The notes below the pieces were generated by a model. It was not told the origin of the DNA. It saw nothing but the letters and a program-made list of their open reading frames with translations, and searched no databases. A program made the position numbers and the translations under genes. This document shows, one piece after another, positions 1 to 11,850 of a stretch of DNA of 64,000 bases. The stretch covers positions 28,336,001 through 28,400,000 of the forward strand of contig NC_086109.1 of assembly GCF_963921235.1 (NCBI RefSeq). The letters run 5' to 3'. This DNA is from Mobula hypostoma. Taxonomy: Eukaryota. The stretch's first letter is position 1, and each line of letters opens with the position of its first letter.

Positions 1-19
1 ATATTTTTAAAAAGGGAGG

Positions 20-175
20 TAGTGTTCATGGGTTCAATGTCTATTTAGGAATCGGATGGCAGAGGGGAAGAAGCTATTCGTGAATTGCTGAGTGTGCACC
101 TTTAGGCTTCTACATCTCCTTCCTGCCAGTAACAATGAGAAGAGGGCTTGTCCTGGGTGATGGGGTTCTTAATAA
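20..175 (-). mobile_element. Rex1/Babar-type LINE, 3' end fragment
   Basis: Minus strand gives a degenerate IKxPHHPGxALFSLLxxGRRxRSL...NSFFPSAIRFLN C-terminus, the same motif as ORF 9008..9202. Confidence 0.7.
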
Positions 176-859
176 AATTTTTAGCTGAAAATGCAGAGCT
201 GAAGGGCTAATGAGCTACCAGACTTTGTGCCCGGTCCTTGCAAAATTAGAACCAAACATCATTCTAAGTAAAGCAGCATGCAATGAATTTCTTGAAGCTT
301 CCATTATTCAGGCAATGCTTTCATATCTGTAACATTTATATAATTTGGTATTCCATTGCTCTTTAACAAACTGCATATGCAGCATGAAATAAAGCTTTTA
401 AAAAGCTTTATGGAGTGTAATGTTACTTGTGTCCCAGGAGAAGATTCCATTGTGTGGAGCAAGTAGCAGAGAGCTCATGAAATATTTAAATTATATTGTC
501 GGAAGAATAAGGAAGGGGGGAACGATCTTGCACTGATGAAAGCAAGGTCTTTGACAGATTCAATTATTTGGCTAATTTTCCACATGTGCCTTTGTTAAGC
601 ACTCTGTGATTACATGCCACCAATACTTAATCACAGGCTCAAATCATTTGCATATGATGAAAGAAACTTCAACTCTGAGGGAAATCCCCAAAACACAGAA
701 GTGACTATTATAACAATTATTCAAATAATAAATGATTATAGTTCAAGGTTATTTGGTGATGAAATTTGTTATCTTGGCTGATGATGCAGTTGTGTTTATA
801 GCCTGCAGGTGGTGCTTGAACTCTTTAAATGGGCAACTTGTGCATTTTAGAGAAAAGCA

Positions 860-1415
860 GTTAATGCTAGGAATACTCAACAGGCCTGGCTACATCTGAA
901 GGAAGAGAAGCAGAGGTAATGTTTCAGGTTGAAGACTCTTACAACTGGGAAGGAGAGTAGAAAAGCTTTTCCAGACTTAATGTTGAAATCCACAACTTCA
1001 GCTAACTCTATTTCTCTGTTTTCATCAGTCCTCTGCTTGTGGTATTAGCTCTGCTTGTTATTCTTTTCGCTTTCTCTGTCAAAGTGGAGCAAACCACCAG
1101 CCTGACCAGCCAGCTATGCCCTTCTGCTCTGCATTTTGCAACTCCTGAATTTTTTTTTTGTCTATGTTCATCTGTCAGTTTTTCTCACTCTCCAACGGCT
1201 CACGTTCACCCTTTAACCTTGTTTACATCTTATTCCCATGGCCACTCCAGATTTATGCTATCAGAGACATGCCCCCCCCATCACTCTCCCTGCAGATTGA
1301 CGAGTTTTTCTGCTCTCCTTCCCAATACTGACAAAGGGTCTTTGTCTTGAAACATAAACTCTGTTTCCATACAACTTGAGCAGCTGAGTCTTAAAGCATT
1401 TCCTGTTTCTTCAGC
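860..1415. mobile_element. Old degenerate inverted pair of Penelope-like element termini
   Basis: 860-960 resembles the reverse-oriented PLE terminus (gctaggaatactcaacaggcctggctacatc...tgtttcaggttgaagactc); ~1328-1360 has a decayed ctgacaaagggtc...gaaac motif in the opposite orientation. Confidence 0.5.
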
Positions 1416-1429
1416 ACCCTTATTTTAAA

Positions 1430-1722
1430 AGATAGCTTTATTAATCACATCAACATCAAAACATGTAGTGACATGCATCACTTCCTGTCAACCCGGGGTA
1501 GCCCACAAGCATTGTCATGCTTCCTCCACCCACATAGAGTTCCCGCAACTTACTAACCCTAACCACTACTCTTGGAATGAGGAAGGAAAACGAAACACCT
1601 GGAGGAAAGCCACACGTGGAGAACGTACAAACTTCTTATAGACAGTGTTGGGAATTGGACGCTGATCAGTGATTTCTGGCACTGTAAAGCAATCGCGCAA
1701 AATGCTGTGCTACCATACTGCC
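1430..1722 (-). mobile_element. tRNA-derived SINE with V-domain-like core (HE1/V-SINE-like)
   Basis: Reverse complement starts ggcagtatggtagcacagca (A-box-like), has a B-box-like gtccaattcc, a ggctttcctccaggtgtttcgttttccttcctcattccaag V-like core and agggttagtaagttg; homologous to 36405-36690. Confidence 0.65.
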
Positions 1723-2149
1723 TGTCATATTTTTTTTAGATTCCTGTAAATTCTTCTTGCTCATGCATCTATCTGCTGTACCTGAGCATAACATGTACGG
1801 CATGGAATGTCAGCAGAGCAGTTAATGTTGTCTGACTTGTGGTAGTACTTCCAATAAGCACAGCAGGCCTAAAAGAGCAGCATCAGCCCTTTAGTTTAGT
1901 TGAATGGATCTGGGTGATTTGCAGACCATCACGCAGAAACATGCCAATTATGATCCAATCTGGCTTGTGGTAACAATCCTGCTGCATCAAGATAAATACA
2001 TTGTGGGCAAATGTATTAAGATTAGCTTCAGAACTTACACCCAAGCAATTGTTAACTAATATCTAACTGCTCCAAGATAACTAGTTGAGCCACAGCTGGT
2101 TCAACGGCAACACAGAATGGGAGTCACTCTGACTGTGACAATCATCAAG

Positions 2150-2640
2150 CTCCTAAACTAGTGTCGATAACTTCCCTCACCTCAACACTGAACTGATTCC
2201 TCAAACTATAGTCTCACTTTCAAGGACTTTACGCCTCATGTTCTCAGTATTATTTATTTACTATTTATGTATTATTATTATTGTTTTTTGTATTTGCACA
2301 GTTTGTCTTTTGTACATTGGTTGGTTGTCAGTCTTTGTGTGTAATTCTTCATTAATTCTGTGGAATTTCATTGTTGTACTGTGTATGCCGTCAAGAAATT
2401 GAATGCCAGGATAGTAGTATAGTTTGATATTTTCCTAACCAACCACTAAGTAACACAATACCATTGGAAAGATCCATGGTTTTAGTGGACAGGTAGTTCA
2501 AAGTTCAAAGTAAATTTATTGTCGAAGTACATTTATGTCACCATATGCATTCCTGAGATTTATTTTCTTGTGGACATATGCAATAATTCTATAGAATAAT
2601 AACTATATCATGATCAAAGAAAAATTGCCCAATTAGGTAG
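2150..2640. mobile_element. Rex1/Babar-type 3' UTR fragments (plus 2150-2420, minus tail 2495-2640)
   Basis: T-rich 3' UTR similar to 39450-39640; (gttcaaa)n tail plus tttattgtc...tttattttcttg as at 42812-42907. Confidence 0.5.
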
Positions 2641-3089
2641 GAGAAGAAGGTAAGAACATAAAGCATCTCATGTTTTATCTGTACCCAATAAAAACATTGA
2701 TCAGCATTTACATAACATTTTTTGTAAAATTAATTTGAGTACTTTGAGTACTGCATGCATATGTTGTTACTTTATAATCACAAAAATTCCTGAAGTCATT
2801 GCTTTTAACATTTAGTAATTAGACTAAACTTGAAATGTTGAGTGAGCTGGGGCTTTTGTCTTTGGCGTGAAGGAGGATACGAGGTGGTATAAAATGATAA
2901 GAGGTATAAATTAAGTGGACGGCCATTGCATTTATTCCAGAACAGTAATGGCTGATACCAGAGAAAGTACTTTTAAGGTGAGTGGGGAGAAAGTTCAGAG
3001 GAGACGTCAGAGGTGGATTTTTTTTATTATTCAAGAGAGTGGTAAATGCCTGTACACACTGCCAGGGGTGATGGTAGAGGCTGATCTAT

Positions 3090-3771
3090 TATTAGATTAG
3101 ATTAGATTATTAGATTATGAGGACACTCAGTTCTCGTCCATTGTCACCTAGAAATGTATGCATTAAGAAATGATACAATGTTCCTCCAGTATGATATCAC
3201 AAAAACACAGGACAGTCCAAGACTAAAACTGACAAAAACCACATAATTATAACATATAGTTACAACAGTGCAAATCAATACCGTAATTTGATAAAGAGCA
3301 GACCATAGGCACGGTAAAAAAAAAGTCTCAAAGTCCTGATAGCCTATCCTCTCCCGCAGACGGTAGAAAGGAGAAACTTTCCCTGCCATGAACCTCCAGC
3401 GCCGCAAACTTGCTGATGCAGCACCCTGGAAGCACCTGACCACAGTCGACTCTGAGTCCATCCGAAAACTTTGAGCCTCCGACCAGCCCTCCGACACCGA
3501 GCACCATCTCTGTCGAGAGCTTTGACTCCATCCTGGCCACCGAGCAACAAGCAAAGCCGAGGACTCGTGACCTTCCCCTCCGGAGATTCTGGATCACACA
3601 GTAGCAGCGGCAGCGAAACAGGCATTTCAGAAGTTTCACAGATGTTCCTCCGTGCTCTCACGTCTGTCTCCATCAAATCAGGATTGTGCACGGCACCCTA
3701 CTTGACAGATAATAGATATCATTCACCGGAGTGGTCGCTGCACGGTATGTCACGCCGTCATCTTCTCCTCT
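3090..3771 (-). mobile_element. Non-coding CpG-rich non-autonomous retroposon with (AATCT)n tail
   Basis: Minus-strand 5' end gaagatgacggcg (YY1-like AAGATGGCG) and microsatellite tail at 3090-3117. tctat is duplicated at 3085-3089 and 3772-3776, and the CR1 host reads through once the insert is removed. Confidence 0.65.
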
Positions 3772-3834
3772 TCTATAGTGGTGTTTAAGAAACTCCTAGA
3801 TAGATGGATGAAAGAAAATTGAGGTTTTTTTTAG

Positions 3835-4172
3835 GATTTGACTTTCTATCATCAGGCAGGAGACTCCAATGCATAAAAACAAGAATGACCAGTTTCTTTC
3901 CTCAGGTCATTAGGCTTCTGGACTCCCTTCCGCATCATATTTGAAGTGTCACTGGCTAACCTATTCCGTAACTTACAGTATTTCATTCATGCACTTTATT
4001 TATACGTGATTCATCTGTGGATTTTATCCTTACCTTCATAAGTTATCGTCTGTTTTGTGTGTATGTGTTCTACAGTGTTTTACACACTGGTTTGGAGAAA
4101 CGTTGTCTCGTCTCTTTATACATTATATGATTATATACATGTATGTAGTTAAATGACAATAAACTTGGCTTG
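3835..4172 (+). mobile_element. Rex1/Babar-type LINE 3' end
   Basis: FDFLSSGRRLQCIKTR..SFFPQVIRLL motif, then a T-rich UTR and gacaataaacttggcttg tail. Confidence 0.6.
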
Positions 4173-4589
4173 GAAGGGGTTAGATTGATCATGAATTAGG
4201 TTTAAAGTTTGGCACAACATCATTAGCCGAAGTGTCCATACTGTGCTGTACTGTTCTATGTTAAACTTATGCCATTACTGAATTAATAGAGCAAAGATAT
4301 TTTGTGCACTGCTAAGACTGTGGTGTTAAGCTTAGACTCTCAGTATAACTAAGTCCAGAGTGAAAATAGGCATGTCTTCTCAGAAAATGTACAAAAGTAC
4401 ATAACTGTTTCCTCAGCCACCACTGAAGTATCGTGAAATGTTTTATTATATTCTAAAATGTTATTTCTCATGTGTTCTGAGAAGGATTTAATACATAATT
4501 TAGGAAAAGCTTATGTGCAGATATAGTAAGTCCTTAGAAAGCTAACAGAAGGGGAGAGAATTGATCACCTTAAGGGTCAGTGTGGTTGT

Positions 4590-5760
4590 CTATGTGAGGA
4601 GCCACGGGAAATATGCAAGGTCCTAAATTTCAAGGAAGCTAAGTATTCAGCGAAGAGAACTGCAAAGTCCTGAAGCATTTTCATATTATAAGAGAGAGGA
4701 TGTATAGGCTTGAGGTGCACAAAGGAGAATTATTCCCCAGAGGATTAATAAATGTATTCCAGGACATTGTAGGAACAAGTAAAATAAAATTGCAATGTAA
4801 TTTTCTGGCAGAGATTTTTGTATCCTACTTGGTCAAGGGTTGAGGTACAAGAAGACTGGAGGATAGCTATTGTTTTGCCTTAGTTTTGGAATGGTTGCAT
4901 GGACAACACTGGGAACTACAGGCCTGTAGGTCTAATATCAGTGGTGTGATTGTTACTGGATAGGATTTTGAGAGTTAGGAGCAATCTGCATTTGGAAAGG
5001 CAAAGACGGATTAGGCATTGGCAACAAGGATTTGTGCAGTCTCATGAATTTGTTTGAGTTCACAAGACTAAAACTGGTTCATGGATTGGAAAGGTTCAGA
5101 CGGAATTGGGCCAAATTCAGTTAATTGAACCAGTTCAGAAAGGCACCTTGGTCAGTACAGACAAGTTGGGATGAAGAACCCATTTCCATGATATGTATCT
5201 CTATGATACTATGACTCTGGGGACAGGAATAGGAAAATAGGGAGGGTATGCTTCAGTAACATAGGGACTGGAGTATACAATTAATGTACAGTATTGGGTT
5301 CTTTACATAAGGGATGAGTGTTGGAAGCAGTTCAGAGAAGGTTTATTAACATACTTGGAATGGTAGTGTTATTTTTTGAGGATGGCTGGACAGGTTAATC
5401 TTGCATCTGCTGGACTTGTAGAAGGAGGAAAAGCACACAAGTGAAATATGTATGTTCTTGAGCACTCTTGCTAGAGTGGATGTTTCTCGTGTGAAAAGAA
5501 GTTAAAATTAAGGGTCACCATTTAAAATAAAGAGTCGTCCAATTAAAACAGGTGAATTTTTTTTTCCTCTCAATATGCTGTGAACCTTTAGAACTCTCTT
5601 CTTTATGGGACAATGGAAGTTTTGAATATTTTTAAAGCTAGATAGATAGTTGATGAACTAGGCTTGAAAGATTATTGCAAGTAAGTAGAATGATATGATT
5701 TTACTTGAGCAAGCCCGAGGAGCTACATATACTGGCCGTATCCTAATTTGTACGTACTTG
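4590..5760 (+). mobile_element. Two heavily decayed CR1 ORF2 fragments
   Basis: EDWRIAIV...GNYRPVGLISVV at ~4850-4945; EAVQRRF and FK(L)DR motifs at 5320-5650. Confidence 0.55.
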
Positions 5761-6724
5761 GCCTCGTTAAAGAGAAATTGCAAGTGTATTCATTTTTTGT
5801 TGTTTCATTATCAGGTCAACTTAAATTTCCACTACATCGTCCACAGGGAGTCACACTCCAGTGGTTTAGTGTGTCGGAGAGTAGTACACGATGCTATCTC
5901 AGTGAGAGCAGCTGGGTAGATTTACAGAATGGTGGAATGTGGACTATGAATCTAGGATAAGAACCTCTGAGTTAGTTGACCCTGGAGTTTTCAGAGATCA
6001 ATAACAAAGTCTCAAATGTTTCTCATCAACTTAAAATTATTTTCTAGTTCATGTGAAACAGCAGTTACTGGAATTTTTCATTGCAAGTAAGCATTGAAAG
6101 AGTGTGGGTGGGTGAGAATGTGTGCAGGTGACTCACAATTGTTTTGTACTTTACCAGTGGATCACAAATCCTTTCATTTACTTGATGCTTTTGGTATTTG
6201 TCATTTTATTATGTCAAATTCTCAAATGTCACTGTGGAAGTATTGAGCGAGGCAACCGACATGTAAGGACAGAGGGGAACTTCCTGGTTGAGTGGTCACA
6301 GAGCCTCCACATCATCAGATGACCCTGTAATTTCTAGTCAAGAGGTTGAGTGTGTGCCTTTAGACTTCTGTACCTCCGTCCTGATGGTAGTCATGAGAAC
6401 AAGGCATGGCCTGGGTGATGGGGGGGGGGTGGTCCTTAATGATGGATGCTGCCTTTTTGAAGCATAGCTCCTTAAAAATGTGCTGGGTACTTCGGAAGCT
6501 AGTGCCCATGATGGAGCTCACTAAGTTTACAACTCTCTGCAGCTTATTTTGATCTTGTGCAGTAGCCACCACCCTGCCCCCCTCACCCCCCCCTCCCCCC
6601 GTACCAGAGGGTTATGCAGCCAGTTAGAATGCTCTCCACGGTACATCTGTAGAAATTTGCAAGTGTGTTTGGTGATATATCAAATCTCCTCAAACTCCTA
6701 CTAATAAAATATAGCTGCTATTGT

Positions 6725-6938
6725 CAAAGTTGCTGGTGAACGCAGCAGGCCAGGCAGCATCTGTAGGAAGAGGTGCAGTCGACGTTTCAGGCCGAGACCC
6801 TTTGTCAGGACTGACGAAGGGTCTCGGCCCGAAACGTCGACTGCACTTCTTCCTACAGATGCTGCCTGGCCTGCTGCGTTCACCAGCAACTTTGATGTGT
6901 GTTGCTTGAATTTCCAGCATCTGCAGAATTCCTGTTGT
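6725..6938. mobile_element. Young palindromic Penelope-like terminal element (fold-back)
   Basis: Inverted arms 6724-6808 and 6811-6895 with 3 mismatches, plus a unique terminal extension to ~6938. TSD ta(g/t)ctgctattgt at 6712-6724 and 6939-6951. Confidence 0.85.
6811..6843 (+). ncRNA. Minimal type I hammerhead ribozyme motif (PLE type)
   Basis: CTGACGA-AGGG-TCTCGG-CCC-GAAA-CGTC-GAC: CUGANGA box, GGG/CCC helix II, GAAA, palindromic ACGU helix III and a GUC cleavage triplet. The 5' strand of helix I is lost at the fold-back. The minus-strand copy (6777-6813) keeps helix I CAGUC/GACUG but has CUGACAA. Confidence 0.7.
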
Positions 6939-7789
6939 TATCTGCTATTGTGCCTTGTTTGTAGCTGTATCGATATGTTGGGTCCAGGGTAGATCCTCAG
7001 AGATATTGGCACCCAGGAACTTGAAATTACTCACTCTTTCCACTTCTGATCCCTTTTTGAGGTTTGGTGTGTACCCTTCCTGAAGTCCAAAATCAACTCT
7101 TTGGTCTTACTGACATTTTTTTGCAAGGTTGCTGCTGTGATATTACTCAACTAGTTGATATATCTTGCTTCGGTTTGCCCTCTCATTACCATCTGGAATT
7201 TGGTCAACAATAGTTGTATCGTCAGCAAATTTACAGATGGCATTTTAGCTAGCGGCATAGTCAAGGGTGTAGAGAGAGTAGAGCTGTGGGATAAGCACAC
7301 ATCCCTGAGGTGCGCCACTGTTCGTCAGCGAGGTGGAGATGTTATTTCGGATGTGCACAGATTCGTGGTATTGCAGAGGGAGGTACAGAGGTCCAGGTTC
7401 TGGAGATTTTCTATCAGAACTGTGGGAATGATTGTGTTAAATGCTGAGTTGTAGTCAATAAATAGCATCCACGTGATCAAAGGCCACGTGAAGAGCGAAT
7501 GAGATCACATCTGAGTAGACCTATTGTGGTGATAGGGAAATTGCAGTAGATCTAGGTCCTTGTTGAGGCAGGAGTTAATTCTAGCCATAACCAATCACTC
7601 AAAACACTTAATCACGATAGGTGTGAGTGCTACTGGATGATAGTTGTGAAGGCAGCTTCCCCTTCTCTTCATGGGCACTGGTATAATTGTTGCCTTTTTG
7701 AAGCAGGTGGAAACTTCTGTCTGTAGCAATCAGAGATTGAACCACCCTGTGGCACTTATAATGAAGTGTATTGAGAGCTTGGTTATGGC

Positions 7790-8812
7790 ACAAATCAGCT
7801 CCTAATTCGAAGATTAGCTGGATCCAATTTGATGGCGGAATGTGATTTCACTCTGCTCTGGATTACCTGGACAGCAGTGGGGTGTACATCAGGCTGCTGG
7901 TCATTGACCACAGCTTGAAGTTCAACACAGTTATCCTATCCAAACTCATCATCAAAATCCCTGGGTCTCGGTACCTCCCTCTGCAAATGGATACTCAACA
8001 TTCTCATCAACAGACTTGTGTCAGTGAGGATTGGTAACATCTCCTTCTCGCCGACCATTAACAGAGGTGCATCTCTGGACCGGGTGCTTAACTCTCTGCC
8101 CTGCCCTCCATATACACAGGACAGCATGGCTAAGCACAACTCCAATACCATCTTCTAATTCACCAACTACACTACAGTTATTAGACAGATCAGATGTGGT
8201 GATGAATCAACCTTTAGCTGAGCAAGGTAGGACACCTGGATGAGTGGTGTAGCAGAAGCAATCTCACACAATGTCAACAAAACTAAAGGATTGATTGCTG
8301 ACTTCAGAAAGGGGAAGGAGGGCAAATGTGAGCCAAATTTGGAGGTGGAGAGAGTCAGCATCTTTTAATTCCCGATCATAACATATTGAATGACCTGTCC
8401 TGGGCCCAGCACATAGATACAATCATAAGAAATTTGTGTCAGCGACTCTATTTCCTAGGAGGTTAAGAAGGTTCAGCTCATCATTGAACAACCCAACTTT
8501 GACAGATGAACTGTGGAAAGTATCCTGACTGGCTGTCTGGTGCAGCCATTGGAACACATAGGAATGTAAAAGGCTGAAGAGCATAGGGGACTGCCCAATA
8601 CATCGTTGCACATCCCTCTCCACCACTGGTAGTATTTACGGGAAGCTTCACCAATGGCAGCATCTTCAAGAAGTCAACTACTATTGTCAGAGATCCCTAC
8701 CATCAGGACAGTGCCACCTTTTCACAGCCACAATAAGGCAGGGGGTACAGAAGCCTGGAGAACCAAACGAGCAGGTTTGAGGGCAGCTACTTACCTCCAA
8801 CTATCTGGTTAT
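7790..8812 (+). mobile_element. Rex1/Babar-type LINE RT and C-terminal fragment, decayed
   Basis: YIRLLVIDHS..FNTVI; LGLGTSLCKWILNIL; LSWAQHID; RDPYH..FSQP..GRGYRSL. Confidence 0.7.
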
Positions 8813-9202
8813 CAGAATCAGATTTAATATCACCAGCACATGCCATCAAATTTGTTAACTTTCCAGCAGCAGTACGATGAAGTATGTGATAAATACAGAG
8901 AAGAAAATGAGTTACATTATATATAAATATGTCTCTTCTATAGTTAAGTTAAAATAAGTATTGCAAAAAAACAGAAATAATAAAGTAGTGAGATAGTGTT
9001 CATGGGTTCAGTGTCCATTTAGAAGTTGGATGGCAAAGAGGATGTAGCTGTTACTGAACCACTGAGTGAGTGCCTTTAGGCTTATGTACCTCCTTCCTGA
9101 TGGTACCAGTGAGAAGAGGGCATCACCTGGGTGGTGGGGATCCTTAATGATGGATGCCACCTTCCTAAGGCTCCTTGAAGATATCTTGGATACTACAGTC
9201 AT
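8812..9202 (-). mobile_element. Rex1/Babar-type LINE 3' end with (ATTCTG)-like tail
   Basis: ORF 9008..9202 LRKVASIIKDPHHPGDALFSLVPSGRRYISLKA; tail atcagaatcaga at 8810-8822. Confidence 0.75.
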
Positions 9203-10259
9203 GCTACAGTCATTGGTTATTGAACCAACTGGAAAAACTCATTCCTATGACTTAGCAGCTCTCTAGAACCTTTTGGCCATTTTGCTGCACTGAAATTGAC
9301 TTTTCTTTTTTTTCTACTTGTTCAAGGAATGCTGCCACAAGAAAACAGTATCCATCATCAAGGACTGCCATCATTTTTGAAATGAGAAAAAATACATCCT
9401 AAAATACTTGAATACATTTAAGGTACTTTAATTTCTTCGTAAATATTCCCTTCAGCTTTGTCCTAATTGCTGATTTTACCTATTCATCTGAATGGGACTG
9501 CCCTGATGCAATGAGTAAAATTTGCCACAGGCTCAGTGAGCTGCAGTTCCAGCTACAGAGCTGTGAAATCTACAGGAGTCCTTGAGGAATCTACCAATAC
9601 TTACAAATAAAAACTACCCAGTACAGATTGAACATGTGAGTTCTGATTAAAATCATTGATCAGAAGCAGTTATGTTGTTTTTTTTCTCCCACAGATGTGG
9701 CCTGATTAATATGTACTTGCAGCGTTATTTGTTTTTAATCTGAAAGATCCCTTTACTGTTTTGAAACTCAAGCCACAGCTGGGCAATGGTGCTTTCCCTA
9801 AGAAATATTAGCAGGTTAATGACTGGTCTTGCCACTGGGGTGAAAAATCAGTTCCAGGAACACACCATGTTGCCGGTCCACCACAACTGATTGCTTATAA
9901 CCAACGCTGGTCCGAAACCCTTAGAACTTATGAGTAAACACACCTACATATGAGGTGTGACTAAATACACCCACAAGTGACCTACTAAACATATTGCAAA
10001 CAGAACACTCACTGTTTGGCTGTATTATTAGTTTACCAGAAAAAAATTAGTTAACCAGAGAAAAAGAAACTATGAGCTCATGTGCGGATTCTTTGTCTTC
10101 CTGCCAAAACATCGGTGCTTTACTGTTTTCCCAACAAACCTGCATTATTTTTTCTCAAGCCACAGTGGGCAAGAGAACCTCCACAGAAATGCCAGGTGAC
10201 ACCAACACTGGAGATATAACGGACAGTGACAAAGTTTGTTAAAAGTTAGAATAGGGAAT

Positions 10260-11850
10260 GTGGGCCAGAGAATGGCAGATGGAATTTAACTTAGACTTGA
10301 GCGAAGTTTCAAAGGTACATTTAATGTCAGAGAAATGTATACGATATACATCCTGCAATGCTTTTTCTTCATAACCATCCACGAAAACAGAAGAGTGCCC
10401 CAAAGAATGAACAACAGTTAAATATTAGAACTCCAAATTCCCCCCACCCAAGCTCCCCTCTCTCCCGTGCATAAGCGGCAGCAAGCAACAATACCCCCCT
10501 CCCCCCACCGGCAAAAAAAAAGCATCGGCGCCCACCACCGAACACTCAAGCGTGAGCAAGGCAAGAGTAAAGACACAGACTTGCAGTACTCCAAAGACTA
10601 CATTATTCATCTGGCATTCGACATACCACAGTCTCTCTCTCTCCCCAATAAGGGAGAAAGAGATGTCTCTGTTTCACAGCGAGAGGGGAAACATAATGAA
10701 CAGCTCATTCGTTTATGATGTCAAAAGTCCGTTGTGACTCTTTTTTCAAGCTCTGTGTCCAAAGATCTCAAGTCTCTGGGCACACAGCTGTAGATCTTCC
10801 AACTCCCCCGACGACTCACGGATCTCCTGCCATGACACCGACCTTTGATCTGACCATTTCCAGAGCCCTGAGATCCTAGGCCTCCAAAGCCGAGCCAAAC
10901 TCTTAGGCCGAACCCTTAGCGTGCTGAACAACAGCCAGTTATGAAACCCGGAGAGCGGGTCCCATTCCCGCAAAGAACCGTAGTCAGCATGTCACTCCAG
11001 GTCAGGGTCTTCAAAAGAACCCTGAAAGGGAAAAATAAATATATTAAAGATGGAAATAGAGCTGTTTCCAAAGATGCAAGCAAAGAAGTCACCGATGGCG
11101 CCATTAACCCTCCTAAGCTCCACCTCCTAAGTTATGCTTTTTGGTATGTAAAACCAAGGCGGGATAGACACAAGGAATGCAGGTTCCTGGACAGTGCTGC
11201 TAAAAAGAGAGATCTTCGGTTATGAGTATGTACAGATAGGTGGTGAATAAAGCAAACACATGCTTGCCTTCATCAGCTGAGGCATTGAGGACAAGAGTTG
11301 GGACATCAATTACATTCGTACAAAATGTTGGTCAGGCTGCACTGTATTGTGTACAGTTCAGATTGCTATGCCACAGGGATGATGTGTTTAAGCAAGTGAG
11401 GACAGAGAGAAAAAAAATCAGAACAATGTTGTCTGGGCTTGATTAATAAGGGGAGATCGGTTCGGCTGGGCCTGCTTTTTGTGGAATAAAGCAGGCTGAG
11501 AGGTGACATGATAGAGGTATATAAAATTATGAGAGGCATTGATAGGGTGGGTAGCCAGTGTCTATTTCCCATATCTAAAGTTATAGAGCATAGTTTTAAG
11601 GTGAGAAGGAAGAGATTAAATACAATCTGAAGGGTAATTTTTTTTTTATATATACAGAGTGGTTGATATCCAATATGAGCTGCTAGAGGAAGAGGTGGAG
11701 ACAAGAAAGGTAACAATATTTAAAAGAGACCTGAGTAGGTACTTAAATGAATAAGGCAGGAAGAAATATGGAATTAATATGGGCAAGATAATCTTGACAA
11801 TTGTTATAGCACTCAATGGGCTGAAGGTCCTTTTTTCAGGCTATACATCT
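10260..11850 (+). mobile_element. Decayed CR1 ORF2 3' half, split by insertion 10309-11128
   Basis: WQMEFNLDLSEV|MLFG joins across the insertion; later YCVQF, RLRGDMIEVYKIMRGIDRV, FKVR. Confidence 0.75.
10309..11128 (-). mobile_element. Second non-coding non-autonomous retroposon (~820 bp)
   Basis: aagtt duplicated at 10304-10308 and 11129-11133; minus-strand 5' end ggaggtggagcttaggagggttaatggcgcc; 3' end resembles the Rex1-type (ttcaaag) tail; no ORF with recognisable domains. Confidence 0.65.

Larger units (their letters stand above)
2820..4262 (+). mobile_element. Decayed CR1 LINE 3' end, interrupted by two later insertions (3090-3771 and ~3835-4170)
   Basis: ELGLLSL...IRGG..FKVSGEKFRGDVRG..FF motifs at 2840-3030; CR1 3' end ggcacaacatc...ctgtgctgtactgttctatgtt at 4211-4262. 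Confidence 0.7.
6340..7735 (-). mobile_element. Rex1/Babar-type LINE (RT to 3' region), decayed, interrupted by a PLE hairpin
   Basis: Minus-strand LQRVVNLVSSIMGT..FKELCFKKAASIIKD (ORF 6360..6572), [13 protein letters not shown] near 7430-7460, PQGCVL near 7290-7310. Confidence 0.75.

Noticed and set aside
2940..2985. Apparent exon ending in AAG|GTGAGT
   Set aside because: The sequence is the CR1 FKVSGEKF coding motif inside a LINE fragment.
6701..6909. Near-identical 62-aa ORFs on both strands (LLVNAAGQAASVGR...), also at 26448 and 62722
   Set aside because: An artefact of the palindromic non-coding PLE terminus; no protein features.
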